DNA of 64,000 nt from an uncultured Acidimicrobiales bacterium (lineage in GTDB: Bacteria > Actinomycetota > Acidimicrobiia > Acidimicrobiales > SHLQ01). Shown here in pieces: positions 1 through 9,862 of the stretch (position 1 is its first letter; every line of letters begins with the position of its first letter). The stretch is taken from the NCBI GenBank assembly GCA_964451305.1, contig CAYVHV010000004.1:36417-100416 (forward strand). Reading direction: 5' to 3'. A program made the translations under genes and the position numbers. Under the pieces are notes generated by a model. The model saw nothing but the letters and a program-made list of their open reading frames with translations. It ran no database searches and was not told where the DNA came from.

Positions 1-1
1 C

Positions 2-628
2 ATGTTCCTCGACGATGCCGAAGAAGTAACGAACGTGCGCGGCATGCTTGGCTTCACCGGTGTCTTCGAAGGCGCCCCGGTGTCGGTCATGGCGTCAGGG
101 ATGGGCATGCCGTCTGCCGCGATCTACATCACCGAACTCGTCCGTCATTACGGCGTCTCACGGATCATCCGAGTGGGCACTGCGGGGGTGTACCAACCGC
201 ACCTCAAGCTCCGGCAGATCGTCGTGGCCACCGAAGCGGTCACCAACTCCAACCTGCCAGAGCTCATCGGCGCACCGACCCCGATCGCAGCCACACCACG
301 CATGCTCGACGTTGTCGCAGAGGTGAGCGCTGCTAACGGGGTGAGCCTCGAGCTCGGGACCGTTTTCACATCTGACATCTTCTACGAAGCGAACGATGAG
401 GCCCAGACCCGTCACACCGAAGCGGGCGTCCTCGCGGTCGAGATGGAGACCGCAGCGCTGTATTCAATCTGCGCGGTCGAAGGTGCCGAGGCGTTATCGA
501 TGTTCACGCTGACCGATCACCTCGTCACGGGCGAGCACCTGAGCTCTGACGAACGACAACTCACGGTCGACGAAATGCTCGAACTCGGGTTGCGTACAGC
601 GGTCGCGGCAGACGAGTCGAGCACGTAG
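2..628 (+). CDS. deoD: Purine-nucleoside phosphorylase, DeoD type (5' end probably truncated by window edge)
   Basis: Motifs NVRGMLGFTG, SGMGMPSAAIY, IRVGTAG, TSDIFY, AVEME, SDERQ typical of hexameric DeoD. Confidence 0.93.
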   Translation: MFLDDAEEVTNVRGMLGFTGVFEGAPVSVMASGMGMPSAAIYITELVRHYGVSRIIRVGTAGVYQPHLKLRQIVVATEAVTNSNLPELIGAPTPIAATPRMLDVVAEVSAANGVSLELGTVFTSDIFYEANDEAQTRHTEAGVLAVEMETAALYSICAVEGAEALSMFTLTDHLVTGEHLSSDERQLTVDEMLELGLRTAVAADESST

Positions 629-630
629 CT

Positions 631-2133
631 ATGGCTGAACGTCTCACGTTCGGAACCGCAGGACTTCGGGCGCCGCTCGGCGATGGCCCACTGCGGATGA
701 ACGTGCGCGTCATCGAGCAGGTAGCGACGGCGATCGCAAAATGGCTTCCATCCGGCTCCACCGTTGTTATCGGTCGAGACGCACGCCATGGCAGCGAAGA
801 CTTCGCCAACGTCACTGCTCGGGTGCTGCTCGACAACGGCCATTCGCCGCGCATGTTCGCAGACCCGGTTCCAACACCGGTCGTGGCCCATGAGGTTCTT
901 CGAAGCACGGCGGCTGCAGGAGTGATGGTCACCGCCAGCCACAACCCGGCGACAGACAACGGCTACAAGGTGTACGCGAACGACGGCGGGCAGATCCTCG
1001 GTGAGGACGCTGCGATCATCGAGGCAACCATGGGCTCACTGCCATTGCCCGACGACGTGGATACGGCCCTGCCCGACTCGGTCGAGTTGCTTGGAGAGGC
1101 CGAAGTCGACGCGTACCTCGACACGATCTCAACCGTTTCGACACGCGATGCCGATCAGCCCGGGATCGCAATCGCATACACCGCGCTCCACGGAGTCGGA
1201 GGCGACCTGTTCGTCCGCGCACTCGAAGCTGACGGTCATCGGGTCGTCTCAGTTCCCGAACAGCACGAACCCGACCCGGACTTTCCCACCGCTGCGTTCC
1301 CAAACCCCGAAGAACCGGGAACCCTTGATCTGGTGATGGAACTGGCCGATAGCGAAGGCGTCGACCTCGTGCTTGCGAACGACCCCGATGCAGACCGTCT
1401 CGCAGTAGCGGTGCGTCGTGAAGCGGGTTGGGAACGCTTGACCGGCGACGAAATTGGCGTGCTTCTCGGCGACCAAATTCTCGGCAAAGCCCTCAGCAGC
1501 GATGTGGCCGGCTCGGTTGCAACGACCATCGTGTCGTCATCGTTACTCGCAAAGATCGCTACGGCTGGTGGCGTGCAATGCCATACCACCCTGACCGGCT
1601 TCAAGTGGCTGGCACGAGCCGCCGATGACGATGATGCGCCGCTGCTCTTCGCCTATGAAGAAGCCCTCGGCTACGCAGTGACACCAACGCTTCGGGACAA
1701 AGACGGGATTTCGGCCGGAGTTGCGTTCGCAGAGTTGGTTGCATCCCTGCCCCACGGCGCGACCGTCGATGATGTACTGCGAGGAATCCACCGTGCCTAC
1801 GGGGTGCATGTGAATAGTCAACGCTCGGTGCGCTTCGATGGCGATAACGCAATGAACAAGATGACGGCGGTCATGGCATCACTACGCAACGACCCACCGA
1901 AGACGATCGGGTCGCTCTCGGTGGTGTCGACGACCGATCTCATCGACGGCACCGATGGGCTGGAAGCGTCCGACGTGCTGATCTACGAACTCGACGGCGG
2001 CCGGGTGATCATCCGGCCGAGCGGTACCGAACCAAAGGTCAAGGCCTACCTCGAGGTGGTCGACCGTGACCGAGCAATCGCGGTCGAGCATCTTGGGGAA
2101 CTCGAGCGCGCAGCAGCGGCGCTGCTCGGCTGA
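631..2133 (+). CDS. Phosphohexomutase-family phospho-sugar mutase (possible phosphopentomutase role)
   Basis: FGTAGLR, catalytic TASHN, metal loop DPDADR, YEEALG, RPSGTEPK; 2 bp after deoD. Confidence 0.9.
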   Translation: MAERLTFGTAGLRAPLGDGPLRMNVRVIEQVATAIAKWLPSGSTVVIGRDARHGSEDFANVTARVLLDNGHSPRMFADPVPTPVVAHEVLRSTAAAGVMVTASHNPATDNGYKVYANDGGQILGEDAAIIEATMGSLPLPDDVDTALPDSVELLGEAEVDAYLDTISTVSTRDADQPGIAIAYTALHGVGGDLFVRALEADGHRVVSVPEQHEPDPDFPTAAFPNPEEPGTLDLVMELADSEGVDLVLANDPDADRLAVAVRREAGWERLTGDEIGVLLGDQILGKALSSDVAGSVATTIVSSSLLAKIATAGGVQCHTTLTGFKWLARAADDDDAPLLFAYEEALGYAVTPTLRDKDGISAGVAFAELVASLPHGATVDDVLRGIHRAYGVHVNSQRSVRFDGDNAMNKMTAVMASLRNDPPKTIGSLSVVSTTDLIDGTDGLEASDVLIYELDGGRVIIRPSGTEPKVKAYLEVVDRDRAIAVEHLGELERAAAALLG

Positions 2134-2158
2134 AAACGCGTACGTGGGTGAGCCGAAT

Positions 2159-3532
2159 TTACGGTTGTTGGAAGCGTCGAGCTGCCGCTGCATGGCGGGG
2201 CAGATTTTCTTCGAGTTCCGAGCTGACCAACGCTCCGTTTTCGACGACGAGCTCTCCGGCCACGATTGTGTGCCACGCATGGTGCGGGCCTGTCCGTAAC
2301 CAGCCCTCGACCAGATCGTCGACGACACCGGCAAAGATCGGACCGTCGAGTTTCCAGATCGCAATGTCTGCAACCGCGCCGACGGAGATCTCTCCGAGCT
2401 CTCCGACTCGGCCGAGACATCCAGCGCCACCTCGTGTCGCAACCTCCAACGCCGTGCGGGCGGTCATGGCGTCGGCTCCCGAGGTCAGCTTGCCTTGCAG
2501 CATCGCCAATCGAGCTTCCTGCCACAGCGATGCACTATCGGCGGACGACGATCCGTCGCACCCGAGTCCCACGTGGCAGCCAGCGCGCCGGAGGTCGACG
2601 ACGGGTGCGATGCCAGAGCTGAGAATCATGTTCGAACTTGGGCAATGGGCAATGCCGACGCCCGCGGCGCCGAGTCGAGCGATCTCGTCGGGGTTTGGTC
2701 GAACCACGTGGGCACCCCATGTGCGATCGGTCATCCAACCCACATCCTCATAGAGATCGACCGGGCGCATGCCAAATGTGGCGAGCGCGAACTCGTCGTC
2801 CTCTGCGTTCTCGGCCAGGTGGGTGTGGAGGCGCACGTCGAGCGTTTCGGCGAGCTCAGCGGTCCGACGCATCAGATCTGGAGTGACCGTGAAGGGACTC
2901 GTGGGAGCCAATGCAATCTGGATCATGGAGCCATGGCTCGGGTCGTGCCAGCGTTCGACGTGCATCTTTGAGTTCGCGAGGATGTCGTCTTCGGGAAGGA
3001 CCGCATCATCGGGCGGGAGGCCACCGTCTTTGACCGACAGGCTCATCGATCCGTACGTCGGATGGAAGCGCATTCCGAGGTCTTGAGCAGCCGCGATTTC
3101 TGCGGCGAGCAGGTCACCTGCGCGCGGCGGGTGCAGGTAGTGGTGGTCGGTCGAGGTCGTGCAGCCCGATAGCGCAAGCTCGCCGAGGCCGACCCACGCA
3201 GCCAGGTACTCCGATTCCTCATCGATGTTCGCGGTCCAGATTGGATATAGCGCTTGGAGCCAGCCGAACAGTGGTTTGTCGGTCATTGGATTCCACGCCC
3301 GAGTGAGGTTCTGAAAGAGGTGATGATGCGCGTTGATCAGACCGGGTGTGACCAGCTGATCTGTTGCATCGATCACGTTGTGTGCGTCGGGCTTCGGGTC
3401 TGCGGAGCTGCCGACGCCGGTAATGACGCCGTTGGCACACGAGACCCAACCTCCTCGAATCTCACGGCGCGAGTCATCGACGGTTGCAACGACAGCCGCG
3501 TTCTCGATCAGCAAGTCAGCGGTCTGTGTCAT
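2159..3532 (-). CDS. 8-oxoguanine deaminase-like amidohydrolase
   Basis: PGLINAHHHLFQNLTRA, TTSTDHHY, HTHLAE, HCPSSNMILSSG, GCDGSSS motifs. Confidence 0.85.
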   Translation of the reverse strand: MTQTADLLIENAAVVATVDDSRREIRGGWVSCANGVITGVGSSADPKPDAHNVIDATDQLVTPGLINAHHHLFQNLTRAWNPMTDKPLFGWLQALYPIWTANIDEESEYLAAWVGLGELALSGCTTSTDHHYLHPPRAGDLLAAEIAAAQDLGMRFHPTYGSMSLSVKDGGLPPDDAVLPEDDILANSKMHVERWHDPSHGSMIQIALAPTSPFTVTPDLMRRTAELAETLDVRLHTHLAENAEDDEFALATFGMRPVDLYEDVGWMTDRTWGAHVVRPNPDEIARLGAAGVGIAHCPSSNMILSSGIAPVVDLRRAGCHVGLGCDGSSSADSASLWQEARLAMLQGKLTSGADAMTARTALEVATRGGAGCLGRVGELGEISVGAVADIAIWKLDGPIFAGVVDDLVEGWLRTGPHHAWHTIVAGELVVENGALVSSELEENLPRHAAAARRFQQP

Positions 3533-3641
3533 CTTCTGGGCCTCCGGCTCGCCCGTGAGAATACCACTGGTCGAGTGTGGGAATCGGGTTCGCTAGAGGA
3601 CTCCCGGTAGGGCTGCTGTCGGGCGCTACGGGCGGTTCAGT

Positions 3642-4328
3642 TCAGCCTGGGCAGTCGAAGAATGTTCCGTCGTACGTGCAGGTTCCGAGGAGCTCCCCGG
3701 TTTGGTCGAATGCTTCGACCATGAGGTCCGATGCAGTATCTGCGCGTGCGGCGAGCAGTGCAAACCCCTCTGCGTCGGGGGCGACTTCGTCAAAGCCTCG
3801 GTTGCCGGTGAGCCGGACTCGCTCGACCTGTTCACCGACCTGTGCCCGGAATACTCCAACTCCTCCGCTTACGGCCCAGCCAGAGTCGGTCAATGTCGTT
3901 GCGCGAGAGGTCAGTCCTCGATCGATCGTTACACCTGCGGCGCCGGCGCCCGATGCTGCTCGGATCCACCAGGTTGGTTCAGGCCCACTGCCAAAGTCGG
4001 TCTCTTCGAGGAACGCCCCGACCTGTAGCCCCTCGACGGTCCTGCGGGCTTCGTCGGTCGAGAAGGCGAGGCTTGCCGGTGGTTCCGTGCTCGTCGTCGT
4101 GGTCGATTCGGCGCTATCGGCTGGCTGATCATTCGATGGTGGTTCGGGCAGCGGTTCGGTTGCCTGCGTCGTACTAGGGGTCTCGCCCGGGACCACGATG
4201 TTGCCGTCAAAGTCTCGGATGACGATCTCTTCTTCGACCTCGCCTCCGCATGCGGCCGCGATGAGCGCTATGCAGATCACCGCTGCGAGTTTGCTGATTA
4301 ACCTCTTGATGCGACTCCCTGTTTTCAT
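3642..4328 (-). CDS. Hypothetical lipoprotein
   Basis: Basic N-terminus, hydrophobic stretch, lipobox IAAAC, Thr/Pro linker, C-terminal Cys pair. Confidence 0.7.
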   Translation of the reverse strand: MKTGSRIKRLISKLAAVICIALIAAACGGEVEEEIVIRDFDGNIVVPGETPSTTQATEPLPEPPSNDQPADSAESTTTTSTEPPASLAFSTDEARRTVEGLQVGAFLEETDFGSGPEPTWWIRAASGAGAAGVTIDRGLTSRATTLTDSGWAVSGGVGVFRAQVGEQVERVRLTGNRGFDEVAPDAEGFALLAARADTASDLMVEAFDQTGELLGTCTYDGTFFDCPG

Positions 4329-4334
4329 GCGTCA

Positions 4335-4361
4335 TAATCGGCGCGAGCCTGCGGCATTTAA
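4335..4361 (-). promoter_or_regulatory. Sigma28 (FliA/WhiG)-like promoter
   Basis: TTAA-N15-GCCGATTA on minus strand, 6 nt before the ATG at 4328. Confidence 0.5.
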
Positions 4362-4455
4362 GGCCGCTGATGAAATCGTCCACGACACGTTTGTTCAGCA
4401 TCGGTGACGAGGCGTCCGCGCTGCGGGCCTACGGCTCGCGCAATACAGTTGGCAT

Positions 4456-4890
4456 ATGCCAGCACCGGAGACGCATGCGAGTGGTCGGGTGGCGCTCGCG
4501 GCGTTGTCTGTGATCGCGATCGGGCTGCTCTTCATTCCGCTCGCCACCGGCGTGGACGACTTTCCGCTGTCGACCCAACCAATGTTCGCTGCGGCACGTG
4601 AGCAGCAGGTCGAGTTCGTCACCGCGCGAGCGGTCGACCCGGACGGTCAGATCGTCGGCCTCACGATGAATCAGCTGGCCCGAACCGATGATCCTCTCGT
4701 CGCTGAGCGAGTGCTCGCTCGCGCAGTCGAGGAAGACTCGCTCGCTGCGCTCTGCACCGACATTGCTCGCCGCCTGTCTGGACAGATCGATGCGGTCGAG
4801 GTCATCTCGGTGACCTATGACCTCGATGACCGAGGGGCTGACGCCGATGCGATCGATGTCGAGATCCTCTTTCGCTGCGAGCTCCCATGA
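4456..4890 (+). CDS. Membrane-anchored partner of HTTM protein (SdpA-like)
   Basis: One N-terminal TM then DDFPLSTQPMFA; ATGA overlap with next gene; TACAGT-N6-ATG start. Confidence 0.65.
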   Translation: MPAPETHASGRVALAALSVIAIGLLFIPLATGVDDFPLSTQPMFAAAREQQVEFVTARAVDPDGQIVGLTMNQLARTDDPLVAERVLARAVEEDSLAALCTDIARRLSGQIDAVEVISVTYDLDDRGADADAIDVEILFRCELP

Positions 4891-5723
4891 AGGCCGTTGC
4901 GTGGCTCACACCGTTGGTCGTTGAGCACGACTTCATCCGATGGCGCCAGTGGTCCGGCGTGGTCATCGCGGTGTACCTGCTCGCCCGTGCGCCAGCGTTG
5001 ACATCGTTCATCGGAACCTGGCAACCGGTCGGCGTCCTGTTCTGGAGTGACGGCCCCTTTTCCCCGGTCATGGTCTGGGTACTTTGGTCCGCCGCCCTGC
5101 TCGGGTCATTGGGCTTGCTGCAGCCGTTGCGCGTGCTTCGTTTCTTCACCCCAATCGGTGCAGTCGCCGCCCTCATCTTGTTCACACACCGCTCATCGGG
5201 CGGCCAGATCCTGTGGTTCGATATCCTTCCAGCGCTCCACCTTCTCGCTCTGGCAGCGGCGGGGGTTCGCTTCGATCCACTACGAGCTGGTTGGGCGATG
5301 CGGCTGGCCGCGTTGACAACGGTAGCGACGTATGTCCTCGCGGGAATTGCAAAGCTGCGATCGGGAGGTGTTGCGTGGATCGCCGACGGCGCGCTCGAGC
5401 GCCAGATTTCCTTCTCCGCCCGTCGGTTCGACGCGCTCGGCGGTTCGCCGTCACCAATCGCGGAGTGGTTCTTGGACCTGCGGGGTGCATCGATCCCACT
5501 CGCAGTTGGGGTTCTCGCCATCGAGCTTGGGGCTCCGTTGGCTCTCCTAGGACGCCGTTCCGCTCTGGTGTGGTCGATCGCAGCCTGGGTCATGCATGTG
5601 GTGATCGCCACCACGCTGTTCGTGGTTTTTCATTGGCCACTCTTCGGGGTCGCATTCGTTCCGCTCATTCTCGTGAGCTCCGCGAATAGAGTTGGCGCAT
5701 GCAACTCGGAACGATTCGGTTAG
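4887..5723 (+). CDS. HTTM-domain (SdpB/vitamin K-dependent carboxylase-like) membrane protein
   Basis: Multiple TM helices, TYVLAGIAKL motif, W..G..L, IELGAPL, MHVVI. Confidence 0.7.
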   Translation: MKAVAWLTPLVVEHDFIRWRQWSGVVIAVYLLARAPALTSFIGTWQPVGVLFWSDGPFSPVMVWVLWSAALLGSLGLLQPLRVLRFFTPIGAVAALILFTHRSSGGQILWFDILPALHLLALAAAGVRFDPLRAGWAMRLAALTTVATYVLAGIAKLRSGGVAWIADGALERQISFSARRFDALGGSPSPIAEWFLDLRGASIPLAVGVLAIELGAPLALLGRRSALVWSIAAWVMHVVIATTLFVVFHWPLFGVAFVPLILVSSANRVGACNSERFG

Positions 5724-6556
5724 GTCACGCAGAAGGCACGCGAGCAGTCCGGGTGGACGGCGACGAGTTGGTTCTCCTCGACGCTGTCGACGTTGGTCAA
5801 CTCCTCGCATCCGGGGGAGTGGGCGAGGTCCGAGACATCGACGGTGAACGGCTGGACGCGTCCGCAGCTGACTGGGCACCACTCGTGACGACACCGAACA
5901 AGATCGTCTGTGTCGGACTGAACTACGCCGACCATATTGTGGAGATGGGCAATGAGCCACCCGAATACCCAACGTGTTTTTCAAAGTTCAGCGGCGCGCT
6001 CATTGGTGCAAATGACGACCTGCAACTTCCACCCAGCTCCGTATCGGTTCAGAACGACTGGGAGGCAGAGCTCTGCATCGTCATTGGAACGGCCGGCCGA
6101 GAAATCTCTCCGAACTCGGCACTCGAGCACGTTGCTGGCTACACGGTTTTTAACGACTTCTCGGTCCGTGACTGGCAGAAACGCACATCGCAATTTCTTC
6201 TCGGTAAGACCTTCGAACGAGGATCAGCGCTTGGACCCGTCATGACGACCACCGATGTTCTCGGAGACGGCAGCGGCTTAGCAATCTCGTCGTCCATCGA
6301 CGGTGAGCTGAAGCAGTCGTCGAATACCGAGCACCTCGTCTTCGACGTCGTGCATCTCGTCTCTGAATTGTCGAAGGTAATCACCCTCCAGCCCGGGGAT
6401 CTGATCGCTACCGGAACCCCTGGCGGGGTTGGTGCAGCACGCACACCGCCGCAATGGCTCGTTCCTGGCAATGAGCTCGTGATCGCAATCGAGGGCATCG
6501 GCGAAATTCGTAATACTTGTGTGGCAGACCCGAATGATCTACCGGCGTTCCGCTAG
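5699..6556 (+). CDS. Fumarylacetoacetate hydrolase family protein
   Basis: KIVCVGLNYADH, DWEAEL, NDFSVRDWQ, GKTF, LQPGDLIATGTPGGVG. Confidence 0.92.
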   Translation: MQLGTIRLGHAEGTRAVRVDGDELVLLDAVDVGQLLASGGVGEVRDIDGERLDASAADWAPLVTTPNKIVCVGLNYADHIVEMGNEPPEYPTCFSKFSGALIGANDDLQLPPSSVSVQNDWEAELCIVIGTAGREISPNSALEHVAGYTVFNDFSVRDWQKRTSQFLLGKTFERGSALGPVMTTTDVLGDGSGLAISSSIDGELKQSSNTEHLVFDVVHLVSELSKVITLQPGDLIATGTPGGVGAARTPPQWLVPGNELVIAIEGIGEIRNTCVADPNDLPAFR

Positions 6557-6567
6557 CCGGCGAGTCT

Positions 6568-6657
6568 CTAACTAGCCAGGATCACAAATTGTAGGAGGCT
6601 GGCGCCAACGATGACCCCGAGAAGGAGCGCGATCATCACCACGGTTCGCTTCTTCAT
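6568..6657 (-). CDS. Small single-TM protein, 29 aa (MKKRTVVMIALLLGVIVGASLLQFVILAS)
   Basis: Read manually, below ORF-track cutoff; fills an intergenic gap; TACGTT-N6-ATG leaderless signature; basic N-terminus plus one TM. Confidence 0.6.
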   Translation of the reverse strand: MKKRTVVMIALLLGVIVGASLLQFVILAS

Positions 6658-6673
6658 GAGGGAAACGTAGAGG

Positions 6674-7138
6674 CTAGGCGCGGCGTGCGAAGACGGCGAC
6701 GCTACCCGCGGCGACGACGGTGCCGAAGGCGAGGTCTGTTAGCCATGTCGATGCGGGGTGCCCTGCAAGTCCGCACAGTGTCGCGAACACGATGGAGCCT
6801 GTAGCGATGGCAAAGGAGAGGGGAGCCGTGCGAGCGTCGTTTTTCGCTGCGAGAGCCACGACAGCGACCATCGCGAAGGTCATGGTGAGTAGAAGGACGG
6901 TGGCGAATCCGAGCAGAAGCTGTGGGGCCGCTTCAGGTGGTCCGTCGCCTGCGGTCGCGGTGAAGATCGTCACCAGCTGGAAAGCCCATGCCGACCCGAG
7001 GATCCCGTTGAGGAGTTTGGATTGTGCAGCCGGGACGAAGGTTTCGTGGGCCTCCGGTGCAGTCTGGGCTCCAGCGCGTTGAATGACAGGCGCTGTCTTG
7101 AGGATGTCGGTTGCTGCCGGTGCGTGCTGTCGATCCAT
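6674..7138 (-). CDS. Hypothetical membrane protein (about 4 TM)
   Basis: Hydrophobic segments, CGLAGH motif, GAGGGG RBS upstream. Confidence 0.65.
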   Translation of the reverse strand: MDRQHAPAATDILKTAPVIQRAGAQTAPEAHETFVPAAQSKLLNGILGSAWAFQLVTIFTATAGDGPPEAAPQLLLGFATVLLLTMTFAMVAVVALAAKNDARTAPLSFAIATGSIVFATLCGLAGHPASTWLTDLAFGTVVAAGSVAVFARRA

Positions 7139-7247
7139 GAGAGTTCCCCTCGTCGTCTCCGGGCATTCTAGGCCGAGATTCGAATCGTTTGCCTTCCGGC
7201 AGTACTTCTACTCGACGCGACGGTGTTCCGGGTGTAGTTGTGATCGG

Positions 7248-7679
7248 TTAGCTGATCCGCGTGCCGTCGACGGCCTTGACGAGCCCACCAATAGCCGACT
7301 CACCGATCTTCTTGAACATCAACGCAAATGCGGCGTCACCCATCGCGAGGGGTCCACGAAGATCGAGTGTCGCGTCATAGGTGATGTAGGTGCTGCCCTG
7401 GCGGACTTCGACGGTGATGACGTCGTGGCTCGACAGAAGTTTGGTCTGAGCTTCAGCGACCAGACAGTTCGGTGCATCGAACTCGACCACGTGGTAGGTC
7501 AGCTCGGCGCCGCTTGCGCTCACATCGTACGCAGCGCCGAGGCCGGGCCCATCGCCGCTGATTTGAGTCGATGACTCCACTCCGGGATCCCATTCGACGA
7601 AGTTCTCGAGATCGGAGACGAAGCTGAAAACCTCATCGGCTGGGCGTTCGGTTCGAACCGTCGCAGTGAAGTTGGCCAT
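7248..7679 (-). CDS. SRPBCC/polyketide cyclase family protein
   Basis: RPADEVFSFVSDLENFVEWDPGV and GPGLGAAY patterns. Confidence 0.85.
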   Translation of the reverse strand: MANFTATVRTERPADEVFSFVSDLENFVEWDPGVESSTQISGDGPGLGAAYDVSASGAELTYHVVEFDAPNCLVAEAQTKLLSSHDVITVEVRQGSTYITYDATLDLRGPLAMGDAAFALMFKKIGESAIGGLVKAVDGTRIS

Positions 7680-7790
7680 ACATCATCCTGTGGTGTCTTT
7701 GTGTCTAGCGACGGACCGAGTGGTGATTTGTCGAGACTTGCGGCTGGCGTAGTGCTGTCTGGCGAATGGCTCAACCGCCCTCGCGGTGGG

Positions 7791-8363
7791 TTATGCGACG
7801 AGGTCGTGGTGTTGCGGGTTCGTCTTGACGTGGTTCGCTGCGAACGGGCAGATCGGGAGGATCTTGCGCTCGCTCGCTCGCAGCTGTTCGAGAAGTCCGT
7901 TCATCAAGCGGCTTGCGTTTCCTTGCCCGCGGTGAGCGGGGGCGGTGCCCACGTGGGGTATGACGACGACTCCGCCATCGCGTTCGCTGTAGTCAGCCAC
8001 GCTGATGATGTCTCCATCGATGTGCAGCTCGAACCGTCCCTCGTCGGCGTTCTCGATGACCTCGACGTCGGCGGACTCGGCTGTTGTGTCGGCGCCTTGT
8101 AGTTCGAGTCGCTTGTTCTCAAGCTCGGTATTGGTCGGCTCGATCTGGAAGCTCCCATCTGGGTACATCACCAGTGGAATCTTCTGAACGCCACCGTTGT
8201 GTTCGAGGACGACATCGGTTTCATCGGGATGCTCGACCAAATCGACGTAATCGAACGCCATGTCGTGCTCGGTAAAGAATGCCTTGGCTCGGATGCAATC
8301 ACCGCACCAGTCAGCGCCGTACATCGTGATCGTGTCTGGATTGCGTTCGTGGCGTGTGTCCAT
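7791..8363 (-). CDS. Glutaredoxin/mycoredoxin-like domain fused to YjdJ-type GNAT acetyltransferase
   Basis: N-terminal MYGADWCGDC...IP; C-terminal RFEL, HVGTAPAHRGQGNA, PICPF. Confidence 0.8.
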   Translation of the reverse strand: MDTRHERNPDTITMYGADWCGDCIRAKAFFTEHDMAFDYVDLVEHPDETDVVLEHNGGVQKIPLVMYPDGSFQIEPTNTELENKRLELQGADTTAESADVEVIENADEGRFELHIDGDIISVADYSERDGGVVVIPHVGTAPAHRGQGNASRLMNGLLEQLRASERKILPICPFAANHVKTNPQHHDLVA

Positions 8364-8545
8364 GGTGAACCGAACCGTATCGGAGGATGCATTGTTCCCG
8401 TCGCAGTTCGCGTCGAGTCAGCGCTCGTTGGGCCAATTTACTCGTACGTGAGGAATAGCGAACTTTGCTGCCGAGTTAATTTGGAACGAGCGCTACACTG
8501 CGCTTTACTATCCATCAGCCCACACCCCATGAGGATCCAATACCA

Positions 8546-9106
8546 ATGTCAGAATTCACTGTTCACACCGTCGAGACCGCACCAGAGGACTCCAAGGCAA
8601 TTCTCGAAGGTGCCGCTGCAAAGTACGGCTTCACCCCGAACCTTCTTGGCGTATTGGCTGAGAGCCCAGCAGCACTAAAGGCGTACGGCGCTCTCGCTGG
8701 CGCCGTTGCTGAGACAAGCCTCGATGGAACGGAACAACAGGTCGTCCTGATGACCACGAGCTTTGAGAACGGCTGCACCTACTGCATGGCGGCACATTCG
8801 ACGATCTCAGGAATGACCGGAGTCCCACAAGACGTCGTCGACGCTCTCCGCGCCGGCACTCCAATCGCTGATCCGAAGCTCAACGCTCTTGCAGACTTCA
8901 CACGTGCAACCGTCCGAAACAACGGTCTCGTCGATAGCAGCATCACCGATGCCTTCCTGGCAGCTGGCTACACCAACGCCAGCATCCTCGACGTCATCAC
9001 TGCTATCGCACAGAAGACGATCTCGAACTACACCAACCACTTTGCTCACACGCCATCGGACGAAGCATTCGCTCCGCAGGCATGGTCGAAGCCAGTCTCC
9101 GCATAA
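8546..9106 (+). CDS. Carboxymuconolactone decarboxylase/AhpD-like protein
   Basis: GFTPNLLGVLAESP, ENGCTYCMAAH, KTISNYTNH. Confidence 0.9.
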   Translation: MSEFTVHTVETAPEDSKAILEGAAAKYGFTPNLLGVLAESPAALKAYGALAGAVAETSLDGTEQQVVLMTTSFENGCTYCMAAHSTISGMTGVPQDVVDALRAGTPIADPKLNALADFTRATVRNNGLVDSSITDAFLAAGYTNASILDVITAIAQKTISNYTNHFAHTPSDEAFAPQAWSKPVSA

Positions 9107-9186
9107 GTAGCGGAATCGAGTCACGGGCTGGGGTAGCAACCACCTACCTACCCCAGCCCGTTCTTTTCATCGCCTACCCTGAGGTC

Positions 9187-9849
9187 ATGACGGACAACGC
9201 ACCACCGCCAAAGGAGCGGACCCGTGCGCCCGGTGGCGGACGAAAAAAGTCGTTCGACACCGACGACGTGCTGGTCCAAGCCGTCGATATTTTTTGGCAA
9301 CATGGCTTTGCTGACACCTCGATACGTCAACTCGAGGATGAGCTCGGCCTGACAGCCTCGAGCATCTACAACACGTTCGGCTCGAAGCACGACATGTTGG
9401 ATGCTGCAGTCGAGAAATACCTCGGCCTGATGGACCGTGTCGTTCTCTCTGAGTTGCGCGACGCCGATGATCCACTCACAGGCCTCACCGAGTTCTTTCA
9501 CCGCGTTTCGATCGGCGTCGACGGTGAACATCGATGGGGCTGTTTTGTCGTCTCGCTACTCACAGAGAATGCCGGACGAGATGAGCAGATCAATGCTCGT
9601 ACCGGTGCCTACTTCGATACGCTCCGCTCCGAGTTCGAATCTGCGCTTCGTCGAGCCCAGGCGGCCGAACTGCTCACTCCGGAACTCGGTACAGGAGATT
9701 TCGAATCATGGGTTCAAGATCAAGCGAACCTGCTACTCGTCAACCTGCTCGGCATCAATACAGCAGCCCGCGGCCGGATGGGCAACGCCGTCGTTGACTC
9801 GTTGACCGCGTCGGTGCAAATGCAGATTGAAAGCTGGCGCTCCGACTAG
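9187..9849 (+). CDS. TetR/AcrR family regulator
   Basis: GRKKSFD..FWQHGFADTSIRQL...SSIYNTFGSK HTH and GCFVV; start set at TACCCT-N6-ATG. Confidence 0.9.
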   Translation: MTDNAPPPKERTRAPGGGRKKSFDTDDVLVQAVDIFWQHGFADTSIRQLEDELGLTASSIYNTFGSKHDMLDAAVEKYLGLMDRVVLSELRDADDPLTGLTEFFHRVSIGVDGEHRWGCFVVSLLTENAGRDEQINARTGAYFDTLRSEFESALRRAQAAELLTPELGTGDFESWVQDQANLLLVNLLGINTAARGRMGNAVVDSLTASVQMQIESWRSD

Positions 9850-9862
9850 CGTTGCCTTCACG

